The notes under the pieces: model-generated | Seen by the model: only the letters and a program-made list of their open reading frames with translations | Database searches by the model: none | Told to the model about the DNA's origin: nothing | Assembly: GCA_964016885.1 (NCBI GenBank) | Contig: OZ024741.1 | Span: 402,628,001 to 402,692,000, forward strand | Direction: 5' to 3' | DNA length: 64,000 nt | From: Eledone cirrhosa | Lineage: Eukaryota | Position numbers and translations under genes: made by a program | Part shown: piece by piece, positions 40,720-55,581 of the stretch | Layout: each line of letters starts with the position of its first letter | How positions within the stretch are numbered: position 1 is the stretch's first letter

Positions 40720-41652
40720 TAACTTATTACCTAGTTTAATATAACCCCTGGCTTTTGGCTGCTTTCACAGTCTACACTATTGTGAGCTGTTCAACCAGGT
40801 CACACCTCTTTCTCAACAGTCTCAGAGGCCCTTCCTTAACCTATTTTAACCCTTTAGAATTTACATTACTCTATATATACTATTGTATTTTCATGATAAA
40901 GGTTTTACCTCATATAAATATCTCATCTTTCATAATATAGAATCTAGAAGATTTTCATGTTATTTATTTTGAGAACAATACCTTAATGTCAGTATGAGTG
41001 GCCATTCACAGCCAGTTTGGACAGAAAGCGATGAGAGAATTCTGGCCGGATATGGCCGGTTTAACTGCTAAAGGCTTAATATAACCCTCTGATTTTTGGC
41101 TGCTTTCACAGAATCTACATTATTGTGAGCTGTCACACCACCTTCTCAACAGTCTCAGAAGCCATTCCATTACTTATTACTTAGTTTAATAAAAAACCCT
41201 GGTCTTCAGATACTTTCACAGAGTCTATTGTACTGTGAGCTATTCAACAAGGTCTTACCACCTTCTCAACAGTCTCAGAAGCCCTTCCATAACCTATTAC
41301 CTAGTTTAATACAACCCCTGGCTTTTTGCTGCTGCTTTCACAGAGTCTACTGCATTGTGAGTTCTCCTACCAGGTCTTACCACCTTCTCAACAGTCTCAG
41401 AGGCCCTTGCTTAACCTATTACCTAGTTTAATATAACCTCCCGGTCTTTAGGTGCTTTAACAGAGTCTACTTAACAGAGGCCCTTCCTTAACCTAGTTTA
41501 ATATAACCCCTGGCTTTTGGTTACTTTAACAGAGTCTACGTAACAGAGGCCGTTCCTTAACCTAGTTTAATATAACCCCTGGTTTTTGGCTACTTTAACA
41601 GAGGCCCTTCCTTAACCTAGTTTAATATAACCCCTGGCTTTTGGCTGCTTTC
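40720..41652 (+). repeat. Degenerate minisatellite (units of about 110 bp shrinking to 50-65 bp), interrupted by a MITE
   Basis: Recurring cctagtttaatataacccctggcttttggctgctttcacagagtctac…agaggcccttccttaa. Confidence 0.8.
40846..41079. mobile_element. piggyBac-like TTAA MITE
   Basis: TTAA-ccctttag at the left end and ctaaaggc-TTAA at the right end. The body is homologous to 21231-21640. Confidence 0.7.
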
Positions 41653-41916
41653 ATTATTATTGTTACACATAGTAGAAGGCAGCAGTCAGAGAAGATAAAA
41701 GATCAATATTTTCACTGATCAAAGAACAGTGTTTTTCCTAATTTTGATAAATTTTTTTTTTCTTTTGTAATTTTCTGTAAGAATCAGTTGCTAGGTGCAG
41801 TGTGTTGACCTGGATCAGTCCCTGATCTCAGAGGCTCAATATATTTCGTAGGATTATGGCAGGGCTGATGACGGTAGGAATTTGAGCAATATCTATGAAG
41901 TTGGCTATCTCATAAA

Positions 41917-42650
41917 AATAATTGTTTCTACTTTTGGCACAAGGCCAGCAATTATCTCAGTGTATTACTGGTACTTTATTTTATCGACCCCGTAAGGATG
42001 AAAGGCAAAGTTAACCTCGGTGGGATTTGAACTCAGATCATAAAGGCCCGTAACTCTATGCTGCAAAGCATGGCATCTGACCCTCTACCAATGCTGCCAA
42101 TCCACTGCCTATCTCATAAAAATAATAATTATGCTTTCTGATTTAGGCACAAGGCCAACAATTTGGAGGTAAGGGAAAGTTGATTAAATCGACCCCAGTG
42201 TTTTACTGGTACTTTATTTTATTGACTCCGTAAGGACGAAAGGCAAATCTAACCTCAGTAGGATTTGAACTCAGAAGATAAAGGGACGTAACTCTATGCT
42301 GAAAAGTATGTTGTTTGACACTCTACAGATACTGCCAATCACCTACCCTCCACCTGAAAACATTAAAGCCAATTAAATATGAAGGAGTGTTTGAGGACTC
42401 TGCCTCCAGGACCCTCTCAGAAATAAGTGGGCAAAGAAAAAGGAAAATCAAATACTAAAAATACAAAAATTAAAATCAACATAAATCTTGCCAGCAACAA
42501 TTGTTTCTACTTTTGGCACAAGGCCAGCAATAATCCCAGTGCATTACTGGTACTTTATTTTATTGACTCTAGAAGGATAAAAGGCAAAGTTAACCTCAGC
42601 GGGATTTGAACTCAGATCATAAAGGGAGGTAACTCAATGCTTCAAAGCAT
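41917..42650 (-). mobile_element. Three family-1 tRNA-SINE copies
   Basis: Copies at about 41917-42110, 42120-42345 and 42497-42650 with the same B-box, central and tail motifs. Confidence 0.8.
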
Positions 42651-42934
42651 TGAAGCATAGAGTTACACGTAAAGCAATAATAATGTGTGAACCTATTCAA
42701 CTGAGAATAAAGATCATCTAGTCCCTAAAAGAAAATAAACCAAATTGAAAAAATCCATTCCTTTCTTCTTCTAAGCATTCATATAATGATTAAGTTCCTA
42801 ACCTGTAAAACTTCATTTGAAATTAAAACTCATTTGAATAACTCAATATAGATATTGATTGGAAAAGTATGTGTATAGAAAAATAAATCCACCAAAAATT
42901 GGGTAATAAATATCAAAAATATTTCATCATAAAG

Positions 42935-43009
<75 letters not shown>

Positions 43010-43399
43010 TATCAAACGTATTTCATCATAAAGCAATATATATATATACATTATTATTATTTCCTTATATATATGTATAAGAAAAAAGCAATCTATCTAT
43101 CCATCTATTTATCTATATATCTATCTATCTAAATAAAGAAATATATCTATCTATCTATAAAACATATCTATATATCTATCTATCTATCTATATATATCTA
43201 TCTATCTATATATCTATCTATCTATCTATATATCTATATATCTCTATATATATAGATATAGATAAAAGATATAGATAAAAGGAATATATATATATAGATA
43301 TAGATAAAAGGAAAAAATATTATATAATATATAAAAGATTGTATTTCATTGAAATATTGAAGTGAATATAACATTAAATTTATGTGGGCTCCATCTTCA

Positions 43400-44090
43400 T
43401 TGATTGGTAGTATCGGTAGAGTGTCGGACACCCTGCTTCATGGCATAGACTTATGGCCCTTTACGTTCTCAATTCAAAACCTTCTTAGGTTAGCTTTGCC
43501 TTTCATCTTTACAGGCTCAATAAAATAAAATACTCCTAATGCACTGAGGTTAATTTAATCGACTTTCCTCTCACCCCCAAATTGTTGGTACAAGGCCAAT
43601 AATTGGGGAGGGGGGGGGATAGAGTCCTAAAGTACTCCTTCCAGCAGGTCCTGTCAAAAATAACCAACTCCAACTGATCCGGCTGGATCCCCAAGCGAGA
43701 CCAGCCGAGCTCATGGATGTTATCCAACCATCTTGCTCTGGGTCTACCCCTTGTTCTCCTGTCAGTTGGTTTTGCATGTAAAATCTATCCAGCGCTTCTT
43801 TTCTCAGACATTCTAACCACATGCCCATAGTATCAGAAAGGTGGTCTCTCAAATCGGAGAAGTAGCGGCTCTGCCTGGAGTGACTCTCTGATCTCTGAGC
43901 TATGCCATCTATCGAGTAACGTTACTCCAAAGACCCTTCAGAGGAACCCCATTTCAGCCACTTGTATTTGCAATCATATCCTGTTGGCCATTACCCAAGA
44001 CTCATGGCCATAGGGAAGGGTTGGCACCAATACCAAATTGAAAATAGTGATTTTGGCTTTTACACCTACTTCCCTTCTTCTGATTACCGA
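43400..44090. mobile_element. Family-1 SINE (+, 43400-43605) tail-to-tail with an RTE-like LINE 3' fragment (-, 43620-44090)
   Basis: The minus strand translates as RYYGHVVRM…RGRPRARWLDNIHELGWSRLGI. Confidence 0.65.
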
Positions 44091-44562
44091 ATGCTGTTAC
44101 TACCTTTGTAATGAAACAATAGTTTTAGTGTATCCCTTAAAATTCTTCATAAATTTATTAAACCGGTGGAGTTGCCAACGCAGAGAGTTGGTGTGAGGTT
44201 GGCAGTGAGAGCAGTGAGTCTGAGGTCGGTAGTGTAGTAAAGACAGTTGGAGTAAAGTAGGTGATGTGAATAACCACCCTGAACCTGGGCAGCGAAGAAC
44301 CACATTACACTGACATCCAGCCTGGTGTGTCTATTTCTTCCATTCTAAGCTAGTTGTCTAGCTGGAGGCAGGCTTGCAGTTTCCCAGCTGCTGACTTTGG
44401 GTTGTTGGAGCCATGTTGTTGTTGGAGACAGCATTTTACAACAAGTTGTTAATCTTTCGTTCTCCATACATTAGCAAATCAGAGTTGTCAGTTAGTCTAG
44501 ATCAACCAATCATATCCAGAGCTACCAGTCTTTATTTCACAATATCAGTCTTATTATATAAG

Positions 44563-45510
44563 CATGGGTACATTGAAGCTCCGACGTCTGGCAACTGACT
44601 TGGTAAACACCCACAAAATTATTAACCATCTTGCCAACAACAACCCTGAGCACCTTTTTCATTTCCATCTGTCTAACACACATGGGCATAGCAACAAAGT
44701 CAGAAAGCAGCACAGCTCCCATGACTTTCGGGAACATTTTTTTAACGCTCAGAGTTTCTGAAGCATGGAACAAACTACCTGCATCAGTTGTTAGCTGTCG
44801 AGACACTGCATCCTTTAAAACCTCCATGGAACAAACTACCTGCATCAGTTGTTAGCTACTGAGACACTGCATCCTTTAAAACCTCCATCGAACAAACTAC
44901 CTGCATCAGTTGTTAGCTACCGAGACACTGCATCCTTTAAAACCTCCATCGAACAAACTACCTGCATCAGTTGTTAGCTGTCGAGACACTGCATCCTTTA
45001 AAACCTCCATGGAACAAACTACCTGCATCAGTTGTTAGCTACCGAGACACTGCATCCTTTAAAACCTCCATGGAACAAACTACCTGCATCAGTTGTTAGC
45101 TACCGAGACACTGCATCCTTTAAAACCTCCATCGAACAAACTACCTGCATCAGTTATTAGCTGCCGAGACACTGCATCCTTTAAAACCTCCATGGAACAA
45201 ACTACCTGCATCAGTTGTTAGCTACCGAGACACTGCATCCTTTAAAACTTCCATGGAACAAACTACCTGCATCAGTTATTAGCTGCCGAGACACTGCATC
45301 CTTTAAAACCTCCATGCTTCCAGAGATTCGCCAACACTACACCTAATATTCCCCCTCCATACACATCCACACATGTATTTCACGACTCGTACACTGTTCA
45401 GTTTCCTGACATTTGTACATTTTTCTATGTACTATGCATGCACCTTTGATGAGTTGTAGTGTACTTGAACACTGTAGACAATAATTTCATTATTATTATT
45501 ATTATTATTA
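44563..45510 (+). mobile_element. CR1-type LINE 3' end with 9 copies of the 61-bp unit (44764-45315) and an (ATT)n tail
   Basis: TLKLRRLATDLVNTHKII…THGHSNKV…FLTLRVSEAWNKLPASVVSCRDTASFK. Confidence 0.88.
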
Positions 45511-47941
45511 CTAGTCAGAAAGCCAGAAGAGGCGTTTAGGACAGGCATCACAACCGATGAAATACGGGAAGCGATGGTTAACTGCACGAGGGGTAAATCG
45601 CCAGGTTTGGATGGTCTGCCCTACGAGCTTTATGCATTTATGCCAGACTTGTTCGGTGACCTCTTGGCAGACGTCTACTGCAACTGGCAGCAGAACTGGA
45701 GCATTCCCAGTTTTGTGAGCCGGGAAGCGGTGGCGCTGCTGAGAAAAGACCCGAACAAGGGGGATGTTATCGATAATTTCAGGCCCATAACTCTGCTAAA
45801 CGCAGAGTTCAAGATTTTGGCCAAGGTGTTAGCAACGAGGTTGGTGCTTGTCGTCAAGGGTCTGGTGGGAGAGGCGCAGACATACGCCATTCTGGACAGA
45901 TACATACACGACAACCTCCACCTCATGTAATACATCATAGAGAGGGTGGTTAAGGAACCTGGCACGGGTGGGGCCCTGATCAACTTGGATCAATCCAAAG
46001 CATTCGATAGGGTTGACCATCGGTACCTGGTGACGGTCCTCGAGGCAGCCGGTTTCGGGCCCGTTTTCAGGGGCTGGATCGCTGCGATGTACAGCGACAT
46101 CTGCTCAGTTGTGAGGGTGAAGGGTCACCTGTCGCAGCCGTTCAGCATCATGCGCTCAGTCTGCCAGGGTTGTCTCCTCTCGTTCCTCTTGTATGTATTG
46201 GCTCACGAGCCGTTACTGCACAAACTGGGGGCGATGAGGGGCGTCCCACACGAACTAGGATGCGGGAAATCCAAGTCGGCTTACGCCGACAACGTCACCG
46301 TGGTGGTGTCAGGCACCAGACACGTCCAGATGCTCGGCACCGCTCTCAAGGAATACGAAGCGGTGACAGGAGCAAAGGTAAACCAGGAAAAGTCGGTGGG
46401 CTTCCAGCTCGGCATCTGGAGAGGCAAGTCCATGCCGTCCGACAATGTCATGGGGCGTTGGACGACGGAGGACCGGTTAAATTGTTCGGGGTCTGGTTCG
46501 GACCGGACCTCCAGATGGAGAAAAACTGGAACGAGGTGACGAGCAAGGTGGCCTCCCTCACCCAAAAATGGGCTGAGAGGAAGCTGTCCCTGAAAGGCCG
46601 GGCGGAGGTGGCGCATGCGTACATCGCATCCGTCATCTGCTACCGCCTCACCGTCGTCTCTTGCGCCAGCCCAACTCTCACCAAAATGGAGCGCCTCCTC
46701 TTCCGCTTTTTGTAGAAGGGACGCGCTCCCATGGTCAGATGATCCATCTGCTGTCAACACCCGTTGCATGGAGGACTGGGCATGCCATGGCTGATGATGC
46801 GCAAACATGCGCTGAGGCTGCGGAATCTCTGATGCTTCCTTGATGGTGAACGGGTGTGGTCGCCGTTCGCCAGGCACGTTTTCCCAGAGCTCGTCTCCTT
46901 GATGGAGCTGCAGTCCTGGGTCAGAAAAAGACCGAGGGATAGCGCATGGAAACTGGAATGTCTTCAGGCGCTCACTGCGCTCTGCCAGCTGGGCACCAGT
47001 ATCGGTGGAACATCCACCTCAGCGTTCTATAGAGGCCTAGTGGAGGAGAAGAGCGACGACGTTCTCGGAGAGATCCTGAGCATAGAAGAAGATCAGCTGT
47101 TTGCTCTCTTCCGGAGAACTTTCAGCCCAGGGCCTATGGATAACTTCCAAAAATCCCTGGCCTGGCAGTGTTACCAGGGAGCGCTGCTGGTTCAAGATAT
47201 GCTCTACAGGCACGGAAGTGCCGTCAGCTGAGCCTCTCCGAGATGCGCGCAGAGCGACGAATCCGTCGTGCACGCACTCATTCAGTGCCCGAGCATTGCT
47301 GACTTGTGAAGCTATGTCGAACAGTTGCTGTCGTGTGTAGGACTGATCGAGTTATCGACTGAGTCCATTGTGCAAATGGTCTCGCCGTCTTCCTTTGAGG
47401 AGGAAGGGCAGGCGGTTTTCATTTGCCTGGTGGCCATGGTGAAAGAGATTGTGTGGTGGACAAGGTTGAAAGGGTTAAAGACAGACACTTTCCTCTTTGG
47501 CGAATCCCTAATTAACTTTTTCAAGTTTCACTTGAAGAGGAAAATCAGGGTGGAGAGGCAAGTGCTGCCTTCTAGCAAGTTTGTTGAAAGGTGGGTGAAT
47601 GTAGCAAGAATGGTCCAAGTGAACGGGACCGCTCTGAATATAAGTCTGTAGTTTGAGAGATGGAAAAATTGAGAGAGGGCGCTTGCCCTGGTGGTCAGGG
47701 TGGCCGTGGTCTTTTGTGTGGTTTTCGCCACGAGTAACCCTCGGAGGTCTCTCCCCTATTGGGGAATTTTTCATTGTTTCAATTTTCATTTTCATTGTTT
47801 ATATATATATATGTTTCTATGTTTTTTTTTCTTTTCTTATATAAATAATAAAAATATTTACACGCACAAAACCCACATCGTACCGTCCTGTGCCGTCTGT
47901 AATGTTTTTCTTGATGTCAGCCCTTGTGGCCAATAAAGAAA

Positions 47942-47983
<42 letters not shown>
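45511..47983 (+). mobile_element. Tx1-like LINE, copy 2, 5'-truncated, inserted in the CR1 (ATT)n tail
   Basis: Collinear with 37157-39870, with about 320 bp deleted near its 5' end and many stops. Ends cccttgtggccaataaagaaatc(att)n. Confidence 0.92.
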
Positions 47984-47985
<2 letters not shown>

Positions 47986-48319
47986 AGAACATTGACCACA
48001 AGATGGTTAACTGGTAAAGTTGTAGCAATCATATGTAAATAATGTGATGCCATCCATATTAATATTGTTCTCTTTTCTCCAGACTAATGACCAATGTGAC
48101 ACTGGGCATTTATATAAAAGTACAGCTGACTCAGCACAACCACATCTCTTTTACTCATACCCTCATACTCTTTCTTTCTTTTTTCTCTTTTTTCTCTTTT
48201 CCTATCATTCTCTGTGTCTGTCTGTCAGTCAGTCTGTCTGTCTGTCTCTGTGTCCAACCATCTGTCCATTCACCACTTCTTTCTATATGTTCTGTGTATG
48301 AACATAAATGAATAATATA

Positions 48320-49722
<1,403 letters not shown>

Positions 49723-49724
49723 AC

Positions 49725-49902
49725 AAAGGTATGGTAAGATACCATGTAGACCATAACGCACCAGAGTACTCAATACTTAGGGTAGTAGAGTGGGTAATAG
49801 GGAAAGAGTCAGGACCCCGACGGCTGAGCTCCTGCTGTTTCGACAGCTAGATCCGAACTAGCTGTCGAAACGGCCGGAGCTCAGCCATCGAGGTCCTGAC
49901 TC
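49725..49902. mobile_element. PLE pLTR-like fragment with a fold-back palindrome made of a half hammerhead
   Basis: Arms at 49806-49850 and 49858-49902. Each arm reads gtc-GAAAC-rgc…gagctc…gcc-RTC. Shares gtactcaatac with family A. Flanked by (TA)n. Confidence 0.6.
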
Positions 49903-49926
49903 ATTTTATATATATATATATATATA

Positions 49927-50120
49927 TATTTTATAGAAGGAGCTTCTACAGGACTAGTACTGTTTCATTCAGATGAAATCTTCAGGGCTTCCTGAAGATT
50001 TCATCTGAATGAAACAGTACTAGTCCTGTAGAAGCTCCTTCTATAAAATAAAAAATTTTACTCTGCCATGTATTGAGTACCTTACTTACTGTGGTTATCC
50101 CCGACTCAACCCGGGACCTA
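49927..50120. mobile_element. Family A hammerhead element with a perfect 60-bp-arm palindrome, in (TA)n
   Basis: Arms at 49927-49986 and 49991-50050. The tail gtattgagtaccttacttactgtggtta…cccggga matches the reverse complement of 11846-11894. Confidence 0.8.
49987..50035 (+). ncRNA. Type I hammerhead ribozyme
   Basis: gcttc-CTGAAGA-tttcatctgaat-GAAA-cag-tactagtc-ctg-TA-gaagc, with palindromic actagt in loop III. Confidence 0.85.
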
Positions 50121-50121
50121 C

Positions 50122-50169
<48 letters not shown>

Positions 50170-51864
50170 CATCTAACCCATGCTAGCGTGGAAAATGGAT
50201 GTTAAATGAAGATGATGATGATGATATTTATATATATGTGTGTGTGTATGTGAATAAACGTAATGATGATATTTTGAGCTCTGTTTCCTACTCATTATCG
50301 CAGTAATCAGTGGAGTGTCGGACAACATGGTTTGCGGCATAGAGTTACGGCCCTTTACATTCTGAGTTCAAATGTCACCGAGGTAAGCTTTGACTTTCAT
50401 CCTTATAGGGACAATAAAATAAAGTACCAGTCATGCACTGGGATCAATTTAATCAACTTTTTCCTACCCCCAAAATTGTTGGCCTTGTGCCTAACTCAGA
50501 AACCATTATTATTACACACACACACTCAGATATATATATATATAGATATAGATAGATAGATAGAGAGAGAGAAAGAGAGAGAGAGAGCAATATTCCTGTC
50601 TGTCTCTCTCTGTTTTTACTTCTCATTCTTTTCTAATGTCCTACATGAAGATATATATATATATACATCATCATCATTTAACATCCATCTTCCATGCTAG
50701 CATGGGCTGGACGGTTGGGTTCCACATGAGGTGAGATTGGTCAGAAGACCAAGTCTCACTTGTACAGAACTGTTTCTAGCAGGTTTTCTATGGCTGGAAG
50801 CCCTTCCTAACACCAACCACATTTACAGTGTGGACTGGGATCCTTTATACAGTGTGTCGTACACGACCACTTTTTTGTTGTGTCACCTACATGACCATTT
50901 TTACTGTATTATTTAATGGGTATTTAGGCGGGGTGGTCAGAGAAAACAAGCTTGTTGTACATCTATAATGGATGTATACAAATACATAAATATATACAGA
51001 TATATACATACATATATATATATATATATATACATATATATATACATATATATATATGTATATATATATATGTATATATATATATGTATATATATATATG
51101 TATATATATATGTATATATATATATATTTCTACTTACATATATTGTCATTGTATGTTACTTGGGGCTTTCTCAAAACTACCTTTATGTATATATATATAC
51201 ATACCTTTATGTATGTATGTATATATATATACATAAAGGTAGTTTTGAGAAAGCCCCAAGTAACATACAATGACAATATTGTTAAATGAGAACTAATTAG
51301 TTGTCATAACAACATCCAATATTCATTGATTAATATAATCAGTGAACAAAAACATGAGTAAGATTAAGAAGCAAAAAAGAAGAAAGAGAAGAAAATAAGG
51401 TGATGAGAAAGGACGACATTGTCGAGATTTAATGATGTTCAGAGAAAGATTCCTCTATTTTGGCAGAGATTACCATGTTGTTGAGATCCTATAGATGAAC
51501 AGGGCATTTATAGATGGGTGCCATTGCTTTGACAACCTTCAACCTTCAGCTTGACACACAAGGGGATACTTTGTCTATATGAAACAGTGAAATAATACAT
51601 GAAGACAATATTTAATATTTCTGCACGGTATAGTAAATTTATCTCGTAACACACTTCTGAACTAATGTATGTATGTATGTGTATATGTGTGTACATCTGT
51701 GTGTGTGTGTGTGTGTATGTATGTATGAATATATATACATATATTTATAATATATATATATATAGATACACATTTATATATATATATATACACACTTATA
51801 TACACACTAGTGTGGAAAATGGAAATTAAATTATGATGATAGACATACACACACACGCACACAA

Positions 51865-51897
<33 letters not shown>

Positions 51898-51974
51898 CAC
51901 ACACACACATATTAACGAAGTCACTGAATTTATTTAAGTGACCACTGGCCATCATAATCATAATCATCCACATA

Positions 51975-52385
51975 GCATCATCATCATAATCATCATTATC
52001 ATCATCATTTTATGTCCACTTTTCCCTGCCTGCAAGGGTGGGACGGGTCCTATTCAGCACATCATCTCTCCATTCGTCACAGTCCTTCGTCATCTCCTCC
52101 GTGAGTTTCAGCGATCTGAGGTCCACTCTCACCATATCCGCCCATGTTTTTCGTGGTCTTCCTCGACTGTGTCTTCCTTCTAATGGGATTTCTTGGCATT
52201 TCTTTACCCAGCGGTCATCCTCCATGTGCATCACATGTCCATACCATCGCAGTCTTCTCTCCTGCACACTACAGCTTAACCCTCTTATACACAGTTTCTC
52301 CCTCAACTCGTCTATGCTTGGTCGTTCACGCATATTGACATTGCACATCCAACAGAGCATACTTGCTTCATTTCTCTCCAGCCGT
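51975..52385 (-). mobile_element. RTE-clade LINE 3' end (short-UTR subfamily)
   Basis: RLERNEASMLCWMC…[12 protein letters not shown]…RGRPRKTW, followed by a (GAT)n-like tail. Confidence 0.85.
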
Positions 52386-52539
52386 ATTGTATTAGCAAAA
52401 AAGCAAAACATACTCTAAAATTTCAATCTTATATATATATATATACTCATTTTATTTTATAAAAAAAAAACTGAACATTACATTTTGGTCAGGACGGTAT
52501 TTTGAACTTGTACCAATATAATTTGACTTCTCATGTGAA

Positions 52540-53175
52540 TTAATCTGTTGGAAATACAGCTAACTTGTGATTGATATATTAGAAATATAGTTAAATTATG
52601 GTTGATCTATTGTGTGTGATAACTCACACCTATGCAGGTTTAGCTGGCCTCCTCCAAGGTATATCTCGTTGGAAGTGTCTTGGGTGATTTAATGATAGGG
52701 ACCCCAGTCCTATCATCTCATTTCTACAGCTGAGTAAACTGGAGCAATGTGAAATAAAGTGTCTTGCTCAAGGAAACAACACATCACCCGGTCCGAGAAT
52801 TGAACTCACAACCTTTCGATTGCAAGCCCAATGCTCTAACCATTAAGCCATGCGCCTTCACACGCATATTAGCAATATAATAATCCAGTAATTGGTCTAT
52901 TGGTAATATAGTTAACCTGTGATTGATCTATTAGAAATACAATTAACCTGTGATTGGTACATTGGTAATATAGTTAACTTGTGATTGATCTATTGGTAAT
53001 ACAGCTAACCTGCTATTGATCTATTGAAAATACATTAATATATTGGAAATACAGTAACCTGTGATTAATATATTGGAAATACAGTTAACCTGTTATTGAT
53101 CTATTAGAAGTACAGTTAACATGTAATTTATCTATTGGAAATATAATAAACTTTTCATTGATCTATTGAAAATCT
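52540..53175. repeat. ~31-bp minisatellite interrupted by a family-2 SINE (52630-52865, minus)
   Basis: Unit gttaacctgtgattgatctattggaaataca. The SINE head reads gcatggcttaatggttagagc…gagttcaattc…ccttgagcaagacactt. Confidence 0.75.
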
Positions 53176-53548
53176 ATAAATAAAAATTGGATTTTATAAA
53201 AGTGTAATAAAATCCTAAATAGTTTTGATAAATTAAATTTGTTCTTTCACATTTTAGTGGAGATTTCAGTATTTTGGTCATGTTGTAGTTGTTGTCAGGT
53301 CACTCTTGAGTGGTACTGGTAACATGTAAACCAGTACAACCTGTCACATGGTCGGGTCGTTGGCGACTAAACTGGCAACCCCACCGAGTTTATTTGGTGA
53401 GGAGGGTGATTTTGGACACCCTGCAGGACAAAAAACAAAACCTGACAAAGGGCGGAAGAACTGATAAGAGTCAACGGCCATCCAAAAATGCGTAAATATG
53501 TATATACACATGTACATATGTATGTGTATGTATATACGTGTGTATATG

Positions 53549-54441
53549 CCTGGGGTGTCAGGGAAGGGCATGTACCTCTGTACGAGGGGCTGGCCATGCC
53601 CTTTTCAGGACAGCTCGTCCTGCATTGGGTCCCACCTGACACTCAGCTCTCTCCTGTGGTCCCAAGAAGCTGTAGCATGCGACAGCGACCACACCCCGGT
53701 AAACCGCCTTGGCTGGCGGGCCGAACCAGGTCGAGGGTAGCCGGGCGGGTCTGAAATCCCCCGGTGAGTTAGATAGGGGGTGCCTGCCCCTGCATGTGAA
53801 GACTGAACCCGGCAGAGTGAGTGGAGGAGGACAACATCGTCCCAACAGTCACAAAGGCGGCGACAGCAAGCGGTGTGGAGCGCTAGGGCACGGCAAGGCA
53901 CTACAGATGTCGTGGCCATCCACCGTAGCCAAGGAAGTCCCTGGTCGTGACAGTCCTCCATACCACCGGATTCTGGCTTCTGCAGCCGAGTGAGTGGGAC
54001 AGTCACTGTGCACTGGCCCTCCCACTATAAACCTTTCCCACACAGGTTTCTTCTTTAGCGTGCACTCCCAAAGCCCCGCGGTGATGGGCGAGAAGTAGAG
54101 GTAACAGGTGGAGGCAACCTCTGGGAGTTGCCAGTCTCAAACCCACACGTGGGCAGCCTGGATGCGCAAGTCATTCTCCTCCTGACCCTGGGATGACAGA
54201 GGAGATCAGGCGTTCCACCGGGCGACTGAGCAGCCCTTTTCAGGGGAGCACTGCTCACCCTCGCACGAGGGGAGGGGCGATAAAAGGAGCCCTAACCAAA
54301 TGCTCGTCCCACACAAAGCCAGCCAGTCTACCGCGGCTGGTCGTTTTACCCTTCCAAGCGGTCAAAAACAACATAATAGAAAGAAGAACTTGATTCTTGG
54401 TGCATGGAATGTGCGCACCCTCATGGATAGGGAAACATCCT
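53549..54441 (+). mobile_element. RTE (BovB-like) 5' end: long GC-rich leader plus the first codons of the APE endonuclease
   Basis: KKNLILGAWNVRTLMDR at 54380-54432 is the typical RTE endonuclease start. It is cut off by a (TG)n tract at 54442-54832. Confidence 0.75.
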
Positions 54442-55004
54442 TGTGTGTGTGTGTGTGTGTTTTTGTGTGTTTGTGTGTTTGTGTGTGTGTGTGTGTGTGT
54501 TTGTGTGTCTGTGTTTGTGTGTGTGTTTGTGCGTGTGTTTGTGTGTGTGTGAGTATTTGTGTGTGTTCGTGTGTTTGTGATTTGTGTGTTTGTGTGAGTG
54601 TGTTTGTATATGTGTGTGTGTGTGTGTGCGTGTGTTTGTGTGTGTATATATGTATGTGTGTGTGCATGTGTTTGTGTCTGTATATATGTATGTTTATGTA
54701 TTTGCGTGTGGGGGGTGTTTGTGTCTGTGTGTGTACATGTGTGTGTATATGTGTATATGTTTGTGTGTGTGTGTTTGTAGGTATATGTGCAAATGTGTGT
54801 AAATGTGCATGTGTGCCTTTGTGTGTGTGTGTGACAATTTAAAATCCCAATTTTATGATCCTCCCTCATATGTTGCTGTCATAAAGTGGAATATCTGTAC
54901 AGTGTACAGTCTTCTAGGATTTACTGTAACATTACATAGTGTTAACTGCTGTAGTTAACATAGTGTTAACTATAGGAGTTAACATAATTTAGTGTTAATG
55001 GCTG

Positions 55005-55325
55005 TAAGGGTAAAGGGCAAAGACCCCCTTCAGTCACAAATGACCATAGGACTTGCACGTAGATAGTTCCCCTCTGAGGCACAAGTCCGGGCAAGGTTGT
55101 TTGTGGAAGACATACCAGCCTCAGCTCTCCATGCCACCTATGTTGTCCAAGGGAAAGGCAATGGCTGATATAGCTTCGTACCAGTAACATCGCATATCTA
55201 CAGCGGAATGAACAATGTGAAATAAAGTGTCTTGCTTAAGAACACAATGCAAAGCCCAGTCCGAGAATCGAACTCACATCCTTACGATTGTAAACCCAAT
55301 GCTCTAACCACTAGGCCATGTGCCT
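55005..55325 (-). mobile_element. Family-2 tRNA/CORE-like SINE, near full length
   Basis: A-box tggcctagtggttagagc, B-box gagttcgattc, CORE-like ttcttaagcaagacactt, tail ctttgccctttaccctt. Confidence 0.78.
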
Positions 55326-55581
55326 GCTGTAGTTAACACTGTATAGTGTTAAATACTTCACAAATAAAAATGACGTGACCACTGCCAGAACCCAAACAGA
55401 TGTTATAACAAGATATTTCATGTACTAGATGTTGTTGCCATTGTTATTATTGTTGTTGTGGATTGGTAGAATCTATAGAGAGTTGGAAATTATGCTTTGC
55501 AGCATAGAGTTACGTCCCTTTACGTTCTGATTTCAAATACTGCCAAGGTTAGCTTTGTCTATCATCCTTATAGGATAGATA

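Noticed and set aside
52770-52865. tRNA genes (also 55260-55325 and 22270-22368)
   Set aside because: A and B boxes are present, but there is no complete cloverleaf and they continue into SINE bodies.
53630-53700. Twister ribozyme-like words (cctgacact…ggtcccaag)
   Set aside because: The conserved UAA and the matching 3' pseudoknot strand are absent, and the bases fit simple hairpins instead.
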